A DNA stretch of 64,000 bases from Octopus vulgaris (GCA_951406725.2 OX597841.1:16058001-16122000); one strand, 5' to 3'; shown: positions 44,425 through 59,352, numbered from the stretch's first letter. Numbers and translations are program-made. The notes: generated by a model from the sequence alone, not told the origin.

Positions 44425-44556
<132 letters not shown>

Positions 44557-44819
44557 ATAAATGCATATATGGGTACAGGACATTAAAAAACGTCAACAAA
44601 ATGGGAAACGAAAACATAAAAAACAAAACGTTGAAAACGAACTTTTTTGCGAACAAGGTTCCCGTTTCCCATTTTGCCTACGTTTTTTTTTTAGGTCCTG
44701 TACCTATATATGCTTGTATATATACATATATATGTATATATGTATGTATATATGCATATATTTAAATATTATTTATATTATTATATGATCGAACACCACG
44801 CATCCTTTTCCAACATATA

Positions 44820-45178
44820 TATATTTCGTTTTTGGATTTGGCTTGCAAGATTCTTTATGTGAGTTCGTGTGTTGAAGCATATTCTGTTGTGTCTGGGGAG
44901 AGTCATTCACTTTTAGTGCCTTATTATTTAACACACTCACCGGTAACATTTCTACTTATTTCTCTTTTTTTTCCCTAAATTTTTCGTTGCGTCTAGCAAT
45001 CTTTTCAATAGTTTTGACTCTCAAGACTATTGGAAAGGTTAAGACTATTGAAAAGGTTGCAAGACGCAACGTAAATTTTAGGAAAAGAAATATAAGAAAT
45101 AAGTGGAAATTTTACCGGTGTGTGTATAAAATTATGAGGCACAAAAAGAAAATGACCCTCCCCAGACACAACAAAATA
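44820..45178. mobile_element. Fold-back element (HH2)
   Basis: Inverted arms tgttgtgtctggggag.../...ctccccagacacaaca, centre ~45019; cta TTGAAAA g..ttgc..gcaac G(A/T)AA on both arms. Confidence 0.7.
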
Positions 45179-45773
45179 AGGATGATGATCTAAGCACTAA
45201 TGTTTCCAGAGGGGAATTATTCAAACCCCAAAGAATCCCTCTCAACACATGGCTATGATGCTCCCCTACTACTTCTGCTTGTGATCAGAGATGCACAAAT
45301 CGTCAGCCACTAAGGGACATGCTCAACTGGTTAAGGTCAAACAACTGACAAGCAAATCTGTGGTATTGAGCAGAATATTTGCTGTAGGCCATCTTTTATA
45401 CCAAGACAAAACAATGTACATGATAACACTTGCAATCTCAGCTGCGTTTAGGAGGCTTTTCACCGAAATATTAGCTGTACAGACAGGCAAGTTATTAATA
45501 AAAGCGTTAGGGGTTGAAATTCCGCGGAGGTCGACTTTGCCTGTCGTCCTTTCGGGGGAGATATATTAAGTACCAGTGAAACACTGGGGTTGGTGTAATC
45601 GACTAGTCACCGCTCAAACACAAATTTGAGGCCGTGTGCTACAAGTAGAAATGATTATTAAAAGCGGGGGGGGGGGAACTACCTCAAATCCGTAACGTTT
45701 TGGCATCCTTAATTCAATTAACCTATATAAACATATAAACCAGTATGAGCCCCATTTTAACTGTTTTTCTATG

Positions 45774-45837
<64 letters not shown>

Positions 45838-46100
45838 TTATATATTTGTGCGTATATATGTATATATATTTATATATTTGTGCGTATATATGTGTGTGTA
45901 TGTGTGTATTTATTAGACACCTGTCAATCAACTTGAGTCTAACAGGTTATTTTGATTTCAAATCATTTTGTGCTTACAAAATGAAGTTATTGAATTTCTC
46001 CTAATTTTTACACGCACGCACACACACAAACATACACGCACACACACAAACATACACGCACACACACACACGCACGCACACAAACACACACGTATATATT

Positions 46101-46156
<56 letters not shown>

Positions 46157-46159
<3 letters not shown>

Positions 46160-46437
46160 AGGCGCAATGGCCAGTGGTCGTAGGATCGCGGTTTCGATTC
46201 CCAGACCGGGCGTTGTGAGTGTTTATTGAGCGAAAACACCTAAAGCTCCACGAGGCTTCGGCAGGGGGTGGTGGCAATCCCTGCTGCACTCTTTCGCCGC
46301 AACTTTCTCTCACTCTTTCTTCTGTTGGCCTGCTCGCTTAGCCAGCGGGGGTGACGTCATTTGAAGGCTAAAACAATGCGAACGCATTGTGACCAGCGAT
46401 GTGTAACAACATCTGATGGTCTGGTCGGTCACGTGAT

Positions 46438-46446
<9 letters not shown>
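46157..46446 (+). mobile_element. SINE-C with (cacgtgat)n end
   Basis: Shared head and body, distinct tail. Confidence 0.8.
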
Positions 46447-46508
<62 letters not shown>

Positions 46509-46722
46509 ATATCAGCGGGAGGAAGATATAGAAAAAAATATATATATATATATATTATAGGAGTGGCTGTGTGGTAAGTAGCTTGTCTACCAACCACATG
46601 GTTTCGGGTTCAGTCACACTGCGTGGCACCTTGGGCAAGTGTCTTCTACTATAGCCTCGGGCCGACCAAAGCCTTGTGAGTGGATTTGGTAGACGGAAAC
46701 TGAAAGAAGCCCGTCGTATGTA

Positions 46723-47250
46723 TACACAAAGAAGATCGTCTCTTTGCAACAGCTCAGCTACTGGGAAAGGTTGAAACAGCTAAGACTCTACTCCCTGGAG
46801 AGAAGACGGGAGAGGTATGCAGTAATATATGTCTGGAAGATCCTGGAAGGAATTGTGCCAAATTTTGACATTGTAAGCTACACCAATGCTAGAACGGGAC
46901 GACACTGCATAGTGCCAAAGATCCCAGCAATGCCATCACGCTTCAGGACCAGCTTCTGCAACAGCCTGGGTTTCAAGGGCCCACAGCTTTTTAATATTCT
47001 CCCAAAGAGTCTGAGGAGCTTGCATAAAGTAGATGAAGGGGTTTTTAAATCAAAGCTGGACACCTTCCTGTCAAGAGTCCCAGATGAACCTACCTCACGA
47101 CAAGAGGTGCAAATGAGAGTAGCTGCATCAAACTCCATTCTTCACCAAGTGCCACATATTAGAGGAGGCTCTTCGTAATAACAGTGTAGCACAAAACGGC
47201 GGTGCATCAGCATGGCCACAGCTCTGAGCTGAAACTAGAAAGAAAAAAAA
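46723..47250 (+). mobile_element. CR1/L2-group LINE 3' fragment (ORF2 C-terminus to 47178 plus 3' tail)
   Basis: YTKKI..QLSYWERLKQLRLYSLERRRERYAVIYVWKIL...GPQLFNILP...FKSKLDTFLSRVPDEP; short 3' UTR with a stem-loop and A-rich end. Confidence 0.88.
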
Positions 47251-47524
47251 TATATATATATGTGAAGCTAATAAGTCTTTAAAAACCTGTGATAAGTCTG
47301 TGCATCATCCTCCTCATATCTCTGGAAATTTAAATCTACACTATGGATTGATTCATCTTCTCTTCGAAACTAATAAGTTTTTAAAAATCTGTGATAAGAC
47401 TGTGCATCATCATTAAGGAACTTTGGAAAACTGTTTACAACCTATATCTGCCTCTAATGGAATTATCTCCAATATTTCATGAGTATAACCTCACCCACTA
47501 AGATGTCTAGAGAACTCATATGTA

Positions 47525-47615
47525 TTTTAGCTGATGAGTACGGGACACTTTTATCTGCTGTAATTTTTGCAACTTGTAATAAAGCCTGTCTTTGTATGAA
47601 ACAATTGTACTAAAA
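47525..47615 (+). ncRNA. Type I hammerhead ribozyme, canonical core, extended stem II
   Basis: ttttag CTGATGA gtacgggaca...tgtctttgtat GAAA caattg TA ctaaaa: stem I 6 bp, palindromic stem III, GUA cleavage triplet. Confidence 0.85.
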
Positions 47616-47643
47616 ACTAATCCATTCTTGTTGCTTCTTTCTC

Positions 47644-47709
<66 letters not shown>

Positions 47710-48101
47710 GTTTGTTTGTGTGTCTGTGTTTGTCCCCACTCCACCATCGTGTGTCTGAGGAAAAGGCAAGATCAGTCGCGGTGGGATGTGATCCCTGAGC
47801 ATAAGGAGAGAATCTTAACTAAATACCACCAGGTATTTCCTCCAACGCTATATACTACACATATTTTGTTTTTTGTTTTTCCTTTTTATTTTCTTTGAGT
47901 GAATTTGGAGTGTTTAGATATTTATGGTGGTGGTTGGTGGTGGTGGTGGTTGGTGGTGGTGGTGGTGGTGGTGGTGATCGTCGTGGTGGTGGTGGTGGTG
48001 GTGGTGGTGGTGGTGGAGTAATTTCATTGATAGGCATATGATGGAAAAGACAGAGTCAGAGAGATAAGAGGAGAGAGAGGGAGAGAGAGAGAGAGAGAGA
48101 A

Positions 48102-48135
<34 letters not shown>

Positions 48136-48334
48136 AGCAGGAAGCAGCTACTTGAGTACAACTTACCTAACCCGCTAAGCATCAACGAGAAACACGTGTT
48201 GTTACAGACACACGAGATTTCATTTATGTATTTCCCTGACTTTATCCCTCCATCCATCCATCCATCCCTCCACACATCTCTCTTTCTCTCTCTCTCTTTC
48301 TCTTTCTCTCCGTCTCTCCGTCTCTCTCTCTCTT

Positions 48335-49168
48335 TACTCTTTTTTCTCTTTTACTCTTTTTACTCCTTTACTTGTTTCAGTCATTTGACTGCGGTCATGC
48401 TGGAACACCGCCTTTTAGTCGAGCAAATCGACCCCGGGACTTATTCTTTGTAAGCCCAGTACTTATTCTATCGGTCTCTTTTGCCGAACCGCTAAGTAAC
48501 GGGGACGCAAACACACCAGCATCGGTTGTCAAGCAATGCTAGGGGGACAAACACACACACACAAACACACACACACATACATATATATATACATATATAC
48601 GACGGGCTTCTTTCAGTTTCCGTCTACCAAATCCACTCACAAGGCATTGGTTGGCCCAAGGCTATAGCAGAAGACACTTGCCCAAGATGCCACGCAGTGG
48701 GACTGAACCCGGAATCATGTGGTTGGTTAGCAAGCTACTTACCACACAGCCACCTCTCTCTCTATTTATCTTTCTATATTCCTTTTTTCCTCCTATTCTT
48801 TTACTTCCTTCAGTCGTTTGTCTGCGGCCATGCTGGAGCACCGCCTTTAGTCCAGCAGCTCGACGCCAGGACTTATTCTTCGCAGGCCTACTGCTTAATC
48901 TATCTGTTCTCTTTCACCGAACCGCTGTTACGGAGACGTAATCACAGCAACATCGGTTATCAAGCTATAGTGGGAGGACAAACACTGACACCCAAATATA
49001 TATATATATCACGGGCTTCTCTCAGTTTCCATCTACCAAATCCATTCACAAGGCTTTGGTCGACCCGTGTAGTACAAGAAACGTGCCCAAGGTGCCAAGC
49101 AGTAGAGCTGAATCCGGAACCATATGGTTGTGAAGCAAGTTTCTTACCACACAGCCACTCCTGCACCT
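48335..49168 (-). mobile_element. Two SINE-B copies (one young, one diverged)
   Basis: 48335-48755 and 48800-49168. Confidence 0.82.
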
Positions 49169-49639
49169 ATATACATATATATAAATACATCTTTGTAACA
49201 CCTGTCTGTGTTCGGAATGTCCTTGCACAGGGGCCATCCGGACGCCCGTTTGCGCAGCGAACAGGGATTAATCTTCTCTCTTCGCTCCTTTGATCCACAT
49301 GAGCTCAACTCTCCTCCCCTTTTTATCTAACCTCCTCCCCTAGCCTCTCTCCCCATCACACCACACCCCACACACCACTACACCTTACACCACCATACCA
49401 CACAACACATCACAACACACCACCATGCACACATCAGCACTGACCACTTCCCAGACCCACATTTTCACACCTACACATACACACACGCACGCGTCACAAG
49501 TCAAGATCACCAGCCCACTTCCACACGCTCCATCAAACTTTCTTATACAGACGCACACGCACCTTCGTTTTGGGATCACCACTACTTTATTATCTCCTCT
49601 TCTCCTTAGCTATCCTGTGTGACTCTTCTGTCCGGAATC

Positions 49640-49831
49640 GCCATGATAGATCGCTAGCTACTACACATTCTTTATTTTCTCTCCTTGTTTCTTTCTGTGT
49701 TCCTTTCTGTGGAAGAGCATAGGCTCGAAACGTTAAAGACTTTTTCACTTCCCGAGCGTTATACTAATACATCTGTTTGTTGTCTACACCACCTGTCTTC
49801 GTCTTTTGTTTTTTTTTTCTGTGAATTCTCC

Positions 49832-49835
<4 letters not shown>
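49640..49835 (+). mobile_element. Short hammerhead-bearing element (HH1) ending at (TA)n
   Basis: cttt CTGTGGA a gagc atag gctc GAAA cg TT aaag (49703-49738). Confidence 0.7.
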
Positions 49836-49929
<94 letters not shown>

Positions 49930-50145
49930 CTATCGCTCTGTCTATTTGTCTGTCTGTCTGTCACTGTATCCGATTATCTATCTATCAATCGATCGATCGA
50001 TCGATCAGTATATCTGTCCCTTTGTCTGTCAATCAGTGTTTCTTCAAAATTTATCGATCGATTCAACGCTCTAGTTATTTATCTGTCGCAGTATCTGTGC
50101 CTACGTATGTATGTCTGTATGTATGTGTGTGTGTATGTATGTAAG

Positions 50146-50215
<70 letters not shown>

Positions 50216-50369
50216 TTTATGTCCCAGCAGCCACCATTAACGAAAATCATTTTGCGCTTCCGTTGACCTTTCGTGTTGTCGTTTCCTCATTTATCTTCCG
50301 CTGATACCGACCTGACTCGACTGGTTTGTTTGGACTAAACGTCTGCGGATGTATATATATATATACACT

Positions 50370-50400
<31 letters not shown>

Positions 50401-50413
50401 CCCCATACATATA

Positions 50414-50450
<37 letters not shown>

Positions 50451-50721
50451 TTATAGCTATATGTATATACACACCTATATATGTGCATATATATGCGTAT
50501 ACATTCGTAGTAGGTATGTCTATACGCAGACGCATGCTCTTGCTTTAAACACACTATAAACAAACACCCACACACATACAGATATATAAAAAAAAATTAG
50601 TGGTAAGGTCACGCATTCTCTAGGCTAAAAAATGTGTACATGTGTGTGTACACGCACAAACACACACACATATATATACATATAGAAACACACAAATATC
50701 CATGTATATATATATATATAT

Positions 50722-50793
<72 letters not shown>

Positions 50794-50988
50794 GTATATG
50801 TATATGTATGCATGTATGCCTCTCTCCCTCTCTTTCTCTCTCTTCATACACACTCACACACACACATTCATAATGATGTGTTGATATTTCTATGAAGCGT
50901 ATAATTTAAATACATTGAGATGTATAAACATACGCGGATATACACATGAACACACACACGTCCCCCTGCCCTACCACCTCTTTCTCTG

Positions 50989-51057
<69 letters not shown>

Positions 51058-51089
51058 ATACACACACATACGTATGTATAAGTATATAT

Positions 51090-51555
<466 letters not shown>

Positions 51556-51580
51556 CATATACATATATATATATATATAA

Positions 51581-52004
51581 TAATAAAAAGAATTCCAACC
51601 TTGTCTGATTTTCACGTTTTATTTACAATATTATAATGATATATTATAAGATAATATATTATAATTGAATAAAATAAAATGAAATAGTAGAATGTTAAAT
51701 ATTCATTCTGATTGAACTAGTACTTTCATGCATTGAATTCTGCAATCTTCGGGTTCATGTAGTAGTGTTGACAGTCATGCTTCACAATTTTTAAAAATTG
51801 TGAAGCATGACTGTCAACACTACTACATGAACCCGAAGATTGCAGAATTCAATGCATGAAAGTACTAGTTCAATCAGAATGAATATTTAACATTCTACTA
51901 TTTCATTTTATTTTATTCAATTATAATATATTATCTTATAATATATCATTATAATATTGTAAATAAAACGTGAAAATCAGACAAGGTTGGAATTCTTTTT
52001 ATTA
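51581..52004. repeat. Perfect 424 bp palindrome
   Basis: Arms are exact reverse complements about 51792/51793; no spacer. Confidence 0.95.
51828..51872 (+). ncRNA. Minimal hammerhead-like motif (U4C core); mirror copy on minus strand 51713-51757
   Basis: tgaac CCGAAGA t tgca gaattcaa tgca t GAAA gtac TA gttca. Confidence 0.65.
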
Positions 52005-52034
52005 ATATATTCTTCTATACACAATCACACACAC

Positions 52035-52449
<415 letters not shown>

Positions 52450-52452
52450 GTA

Positions 52453-52657
52453 TAACGGAAAGGTCTACGAAAATAAACAAAAGACGAAGGCAGGTGGAGT
52501 ACAAACAAACAAATGTATTAGTATAGCGCTCAGGAATAGAAAAAGTCTTTTACGTTTCGAGCCTACGCTCTTCAACAGAAAGATACACAGAAAAAAAACA
52601 AGGAGAGAAACAAGGAGAGAAAAAAAATGCGTGTAGGAGCTAACGATCTATCATGGC
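52453..52657 (-). mobile_element. Short hammerhead-bearing element (HH1)
   Basis: Minus strand cttt CTGTTGA a gagc gtag gctc GAAA cg TA aaag (52547-52582); near-identical to 60550-60740. Confidence 0.75.
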
Positions 52658-52858
52658 ACTACCATGTTAGAGATAGCAGTCAAACCTGACTCTAAAACCG
52701 CATCAATTAATTCATACAGAACCAGTAAAACGGGCAAATAAACTAGAAAAAAATTTTTTGCTAATTTATTTGTCCCTTTCTCTTTTCTCCTGGTGCTGTA
52801 TGAAATTAACTGATGTGGTTTTAGAGTCAGGTGTGACTACTATCTCTAGCTTGGTGGT
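52658..52858. repeat. Imperfect ~200 bp palindrome, MITE-like
   Basis: tagagatagcagtcaaacctgactctaaaacc... mirrored by ...ggttttagagtcaggtgtgactactatctcta. Confidence 0.7.
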
Positions 52859-53137
52859 ATCTTTTAGCTGCCCTTAATTATAATTTTAATAATAATTATT
52901 ACCTAGGGGGTTTTTATTCCTATGCTGGCCACTTGATATGATCGGTATTTTAAATAACGATATTTTCATATACATACATACATACATACATACATACATA
53001 CATACATGCATACATACATACATACATACATACATACATACATACATACATACATACATGCATACATACATACATACATGCATGCTTAGCACCTTGTGAG
53101 TGGATTCAGTGAACGGAAACAGAAGGAAGGCCGTCAT

Positions 53138-53234
<97 letters not shown>

Positions 53235-53959
53235 AAAAAATACAAACTGGGACAAGAACGTGAAACATTTAGAAGACGATACAAAAAACACGGACGGGAC
53301 ATTCGAAACCTTCAATCTTCAGTCAAGAACCGGATCATCCTCGCAATTTCGGCTGATTAATCTTGAGATTACTCCGATCTGGCCAGCCCCAAAGGAAAAT
53401 CTAAGCCAAACGCATTAGATTCCTTGGAAGAAAGCCTCGAATGTATACAAAACAAGGACGGAAAAACGTCGTATATATATACGACGGGCTTCTCTCATTT
53501 TCCATCTGCCAAATCCACTCACAAGGCTTTGGTTGGCCCGAGGCTATAGTAGAAGACACTTGCCCAAGGTGCCACGCAGTGGGACTGAACCCGGAACCAT
53601 GTGGTCTGGAAGCAAGCTTCATAGCACCACAGCCACGCTCTATGTTGACGTATGCCTGTATCTATGCGTGTGAGACCGTGTCGGTGTTTATGTGTGTGAA
53701 CGTGTCCGCCGCCACCGTTTGGCATCGGGTGCTTGCGGTTCGGCAATCGGGTCCGATAGAAATACAGTACCAGGCTTTAAAAAAAAAAGAAAGAAAAAAA
53801 AGAAAAGAAATGAAAAGAAAAATAACAAGTGATTAACTTCTTGGGTCGATTTGCTCGACTGAATTCCGGCAGGACGGTACCCCCCCCCCTCGCTTCATGG
53901 TCGCCATTCAAAGACGGATACATGGAAAAGATAAGCTAAAAACACACACAATAACACGA

Positions 53960-53975
53960 ATATATATATATATAC

Positions 53976-54042
<67 letters not shown>

Positions 54043-54044
54043 CG

Positions 54045-54076
<32 letters not shown>

Positions 54077-54085
54077 CATACATAC

Positions 54086-54122
<37 letters not shown>

Positions 54123-54143
54123 TATGTATATATATATACATAT

Positions 54144-54174
<31 letters not shown>

Positions 54175-54181
54175 TACATAT

Positions 54182-54228
<47 letters not shown>

Positions 54229-54233
54229 CATAC

Positions 54234-54265
<32 letters not shown>

Positions 54266-54266
54266 G

Positions 54267-54317
<51 letters not shown>

Positions 54318-54473
54318 ATATACCTGATTCCATCCCTGTATAAATAGACATGTATATCTCTACATAAACATAATTACGTATATAATTGTTCGCACATATG
54401 TTTACGCAATTTGAAACATGTGTCCATGCACGCAATCATTTCAGCTATAATTAGACTCAATGGCAATATTTAA

Positions 54474-54539
<66 letters not shown>

Positions 54540-54620
54540 GTGTGTCTGTGTGTGTGTCTGTGTGTGCGTGTGTGTGTAAGTTTGTCTATATATATATTTG
54601 CGTGTGTACGTAGATAAATA

Positions 54621-54669
<49 letters not shown>

Positions 54670-54855
54670 GCGTGTGTGCCTATGTATGTATATGTGTGTA
54701 TATGCATGTGTGTGGGAATCTATTCCTGTGAGTCTATATATATATATGCACACACAAATGTATATATATACATATATATATACACAAATAGAAATGTGTA
54801 TGTATATAAATGTGTATGTATATATATATATATATACACATTTCCGTCTTCCGTG

Positions 54856-54891
<36 letters not shown>

Positions 54892-55052
54892 ATGTATATA
54901 TATACACACCCAAATATGTAATATATATGCATCTATATATACATACAAATATATATATTCTTACACACAGACAAACATGCAATCAACTATGTATATGTGT
55001 TTTACTTATGTACGTATGTTTATGTATACATACATACATACTTGTATATATA

Positions 55053-55090
<38 letters not shown>

Positions 55091-55111
55091 GTGTTTGTGT
55101 ATGTGTGTATA

Positions 55112-55175
<64 letters not shown>

Positions 55176-55219
55176 TGTAGACATTTGAGTGAAATGGTTT
55201 CTGCATGGATGCGCCCATG

Positions 55220-55259
<40 letters not shown>

Positions 55260-55260
55260 G
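53960..55260. repeat. Compound (TA)n/(TG)n tracts
   Basis: Direct. Confidence 0.9.
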
Positions 55261-55509
55261 TAGGTGTTATATTGGCAGATTTAAAGGAATTCCCTCAGAC
55301 ATAAGTTAACGTTCTGGTATTCCTTCATTTTTTGGGTTGTTTGTCAGTTTTTGTTTTTTTCTGTTCCATGGCCATTAATTCTTGTGTCACGCCACGTCAC
55401 TCCTGCCACCGCCGCCGCCGCCGCCGCCACCGATACGCGACATCACGATCATCGACAGCACCAACAGTCACAACAATGTGAACACCATTAATATCAACTT
55501 CGCCCTAAC

Positions 55510-56298
55510 GGCGGCGAGTTGGAAGAAGCGTTAGCGCGTCGGGCGAAATGCTTATCGGGATTTCGTCTGTCGTTACGTTGTGAGTTCAAATTCCGCCGAG
55601 GTTGACTTTGCCTTTCATCCTTTCGGGGTCGATAAATTAAGTACCAGTTCCGCACTGGGGTCGATGTAATCGACTTAATACCTATGTCTGTCCTTGTTTG
55701 TCCCCTCTATGTTTAGCCCCTTGTGGGTAATAAAGAAATAGAAATAGGTATTTCGTCTGCCGTTACGTTGTGAGTTCGAATTCCGCCGAGATCGACTTTG
55801 CCTTTTATCCTTTCGGGGTCTATAAATTAAGTACCAGTTACGCATTGGGGTCGCTGTAACCGACTTAAGCCCGTTGTCTGTCCTTGTTTGTCTCCTCTGT
55901 GTTTAGCCCCTTGTGAGTAATTAAGAAATAGGTATTTCGTCTGCCGTTACGTTCTGAGTTCAAATTCCGCGGAGGTCGACTTTGCCTTTTATCCTTTCGG
56001 GGTCGATAAATTGAGTACCAGTTACGCACTGGAGTCGATGTAATCGACTTAATACCTATGTCTGTCCTTGTTTGTCCCCTCTGTGTTTAGCCCCTTGTGG
56101 GTAATCAAGATACAGGTATTTCGTCTGCCGTTACGTTCTGAGTTCAAATTCCGCCGAGGTCGACTTTGCCTTTCATTCTTTCGGGGTCTATAAATTAAGT
56201 ACCAGTTACGCATTGGGGTCGATGTAACCGACTTAAGCCCGTTGTCTGTCCTTGTTTGTCCCCTCTGTGTTTAGCCCACTGTGGGCAATAAAGAAATA
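55510..56298 (+). mobile_element. SINE-A tandem array (4 units)
   Basis: Junctions at ~55748, 55932, 56116. Confidence 0.9.
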
Positions 56299-56398
56299 AA
56301 TATCAACCTCGCCCTCACTACGCCGCCACCATTACCATCACCACCACCCTATACACACCTATACACACCTATACACACTCTCCCTGCAGCAACACCAA

Positions 56399-56790
56399 GT
56401 GGAGGCGCAATGGCCCAATGGTTAGGGCAGCGGACTCGCGGTCGGAAGATCGCGGTTTCGATTCCCAGACCGGGCGTTTTGTGTGTTTATTTATTGAGCG
56501 AAAACACATAAAGCACCACGAAGCCCCGGCAGGGGGTGATGGCGACCCCTGTTGTACTCTTTCGCAATGGCCCAGTGGTTAGGGCAGCGGACTCGTGGTC
56601 GAAGGATCGCGGTTTCGATTCCCAGACCGAGCGTTGTTGCGTGTTTATTGAGCGAAAACACCTAAAGCTCCACGAGGCCCCGGCAGGGGGTGGTGGCGAA
56701 ACCCTGTTGTACTCTTTCGCCCCAACTTTCTCTCACGCTCTCTTCCTGTGTCTTGTCCCCGACTTCCTACGCAACCGCTGAGCCTGCGTA
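56399..56790 (+). mobile_element. SINE-C dimer
   Basis: Two heads at ~56400 and ~56563. Confidence 0.82.
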
Positions 56791-56917
56791 TATGCCTGAT
56801 GCACGTTCGAACTGGGGAACTGGCTTCTCACTGCGTTTTGTCACGGAGAATATATCTCACTTGTTGACAAATGGTGAGTATATACGTGGATCAGCGCGCA
56901 GCGCCATCTACCTAGAC

Positions 56918-57128
56918 CAGTGCTTTTCAAACTTTTTGCTGGAGTGGAACTCCAAGGAAACATTCCACTGGTTCGAGGAACCCCTGTGCAATAATTTAAT
57001 TGTCCTATGTACACATATCTGCACAGGAGAATTAAAAATTACAGCCGATTTTAGCGGTTTTGTAACTTATTGCGGAACTGTACTAGCGGAACCCTAAGGT
57101 TCCGCGAAACCCTGGTTGAAAACCACTG
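56918..57128. mobile_element. hAT (Charlie-like) MITE, 211 bp
   Basis: TIRs cagtgcttttcaa / ttgaaaaccactg; 8-bp TSD acctagac (56910-56917) / acctagaa (57129-57136); subterminal ggaacc repeats. Confidence 0.85.
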
Positions 57129-57751
57129 ACCTAGAATGTGAGATGTTAACATTTCGGGGTAGTTACCTCCTCTTCTGTTACAGATTCGAAACGTGCCGGA
57201 TTAAGGAATTTGCTTGATTTTAAGACCGCTACCAATCCAACTCTGATTACCCCCGAAGAAACTAAAATTGAATAAGTTTTACAATCACCACCAACGCAAC
57301 CACCACAAACATCGCCGCCGCCACCACAACCACCACCATCATCACCACAACCATCACCACCACCACAACCATCGCCGCTACTACCACCACCACCACCATC
57401 ATCACCACGACCACCACCACAACCACCACCACAACAATCACCACTAACACAGCCAACACAACCACCAATACCATCACCAGTACCACTAACGTCATCTAAC
57501 CATCAAAGCCCTAGCGTTTCCACCATCATCACCACAACCACCACAACCATCAGCCCCACCACCGCCTCCACCGTCACCAATAGCAACGCCGTCCAACAAG
57601 CCTCAGGATTGTCATGTTTGACAAGCGAGACAGGAAATCAAACCACGTGGGCTAAGATGTCCGCGGAGGGAAACCGGAAATTGGATGTGATAGCGAGGCT
57701 GATTTTTCAGACAACCAGTTGGATTGAAGAATGTACGCCTCCTCTTCACCT

Positions 57752-57787
<36 letters not shown>

Positions 57788-57802
57788 ACACACATACACA
57801 CA

Positions 57803-57870
<68 letters not shown>

Positions 57871-58149
57871 AACACACATACACACACACACATACAAACA
57901 CATACATGCCCACGTCAATCCACTGTTGGAATGCAAGCATCGCGGGAGGTGCTGGGTGCCGGTCCGTGTGTGTGCGTGTGTGTACACGTGTGTGGTATGT
58001 GTGTGTGTGAGGGGGACTACAGGAGGGTGAAATACTCCCTCGTTTTCGTTTATTTTATTCCTTATTTCACCTTTTCTTTCCCATCTCCGTCTTTCTCCCC
58101 TCTCTCTCTCTCCTGCTTTCATTTACCAATCAACCTATTTACCTGCCTC

Positions 58150-58180
58150 CTCTCTCTCTCTCTCTATCTCTCTCTCCCCT

Positions 58181-58245
<65 letters not shown>

Positions 58246-58279
58246 CATCCGTCCATCTATCTACCTGTCTATCTATATT

Positions 58280-58345
<66 letters not shown>

Positions 58346-58357
58346 CCTGTCTCTCTC

Positions 58358-58392
<35 letters not shown>

Positions 58393-58431
58393 CTCTTTAT
58401 CTATCTATCTATCTATCTATCTCTCTACCTG

Positions 58432-58507
<76 letters not shown>

Positions 58508-58509
58508 CA

Positions 58510-58546
<37 letters not shown>

Positions 58547-58630
58547 GTCTATCTATCTATCTATATCTGTCTATCCATCTCCCTACCTGTCTATCTCTCT
58601 ATCCATTCATCCATCTATCAAATCTCTCTC
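58150..58630. repeat. (TATC)n/(CT)n array
   Basis: Direct. Confidence 0.9.
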
Positions 58631-59029
58631 TCCACCCACCTGTCTTATATCTCCCCCTTCATCGCCATATCCCACCCTCATCTCTCGCTGCCAAACGTTG
58701 CGGTGGTCATTGAATGTCCCCGCTGACCTCCATTGAAGACTGACCCTTTACATGCATAGAGGCGGTCAAACACTTATAAAATAAGAAAAAGAAAACCCGT
58801 CAGTCCAGCATTCGACCCAAGTTAGGTCAAGGACCAACAATCCAAGGGTCAAGGATCGAAGGTCAAGACCCAACGGTCAAAACTTTCGAGTTCGCGTGAC
58901 ATTTTGATCGTCTCTGATAACTTTTATTTTTTTAATTCTTTTTTTTTTTCCTTGTTATCAGTTCGTGGAGTGCGGTCATGCTGGAGCACCGCTTTGAAGG
59001 ATTTTAGTCGGGCAAATTTGCCAGAGTAC

Positions 59030-59284
59030 TCTTTACTCTTTACTCTTTTATTCTTTTACTTGTTTCAGTCATTTGACTGCGGCCATGCTGGAGCACCGCC
59101 TTTTACTCGAGCAAATCGACCCCGGGAATTATTCTTTTGTAAGCCCAGTACTTATTCTATCGGTCTCTTTTGCCGAACCGCTAAGTGACGGGGACGTAAA
59201 CACACCAGCATCGGTTGTCAAGCTATGCTAGGGGGACAAACACAGACACACAAACACACACAAACACACACAAACACACACACA

Positions 59285-59352
<68 letters not shown>

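Noticed and set aside
56399-56475. tRNA genes (also heads of SINE-A, B, D)
   Set aside because: A/B boxes are present, but each runs into a SINE body and lacks a clean cloverleaf and terminator.
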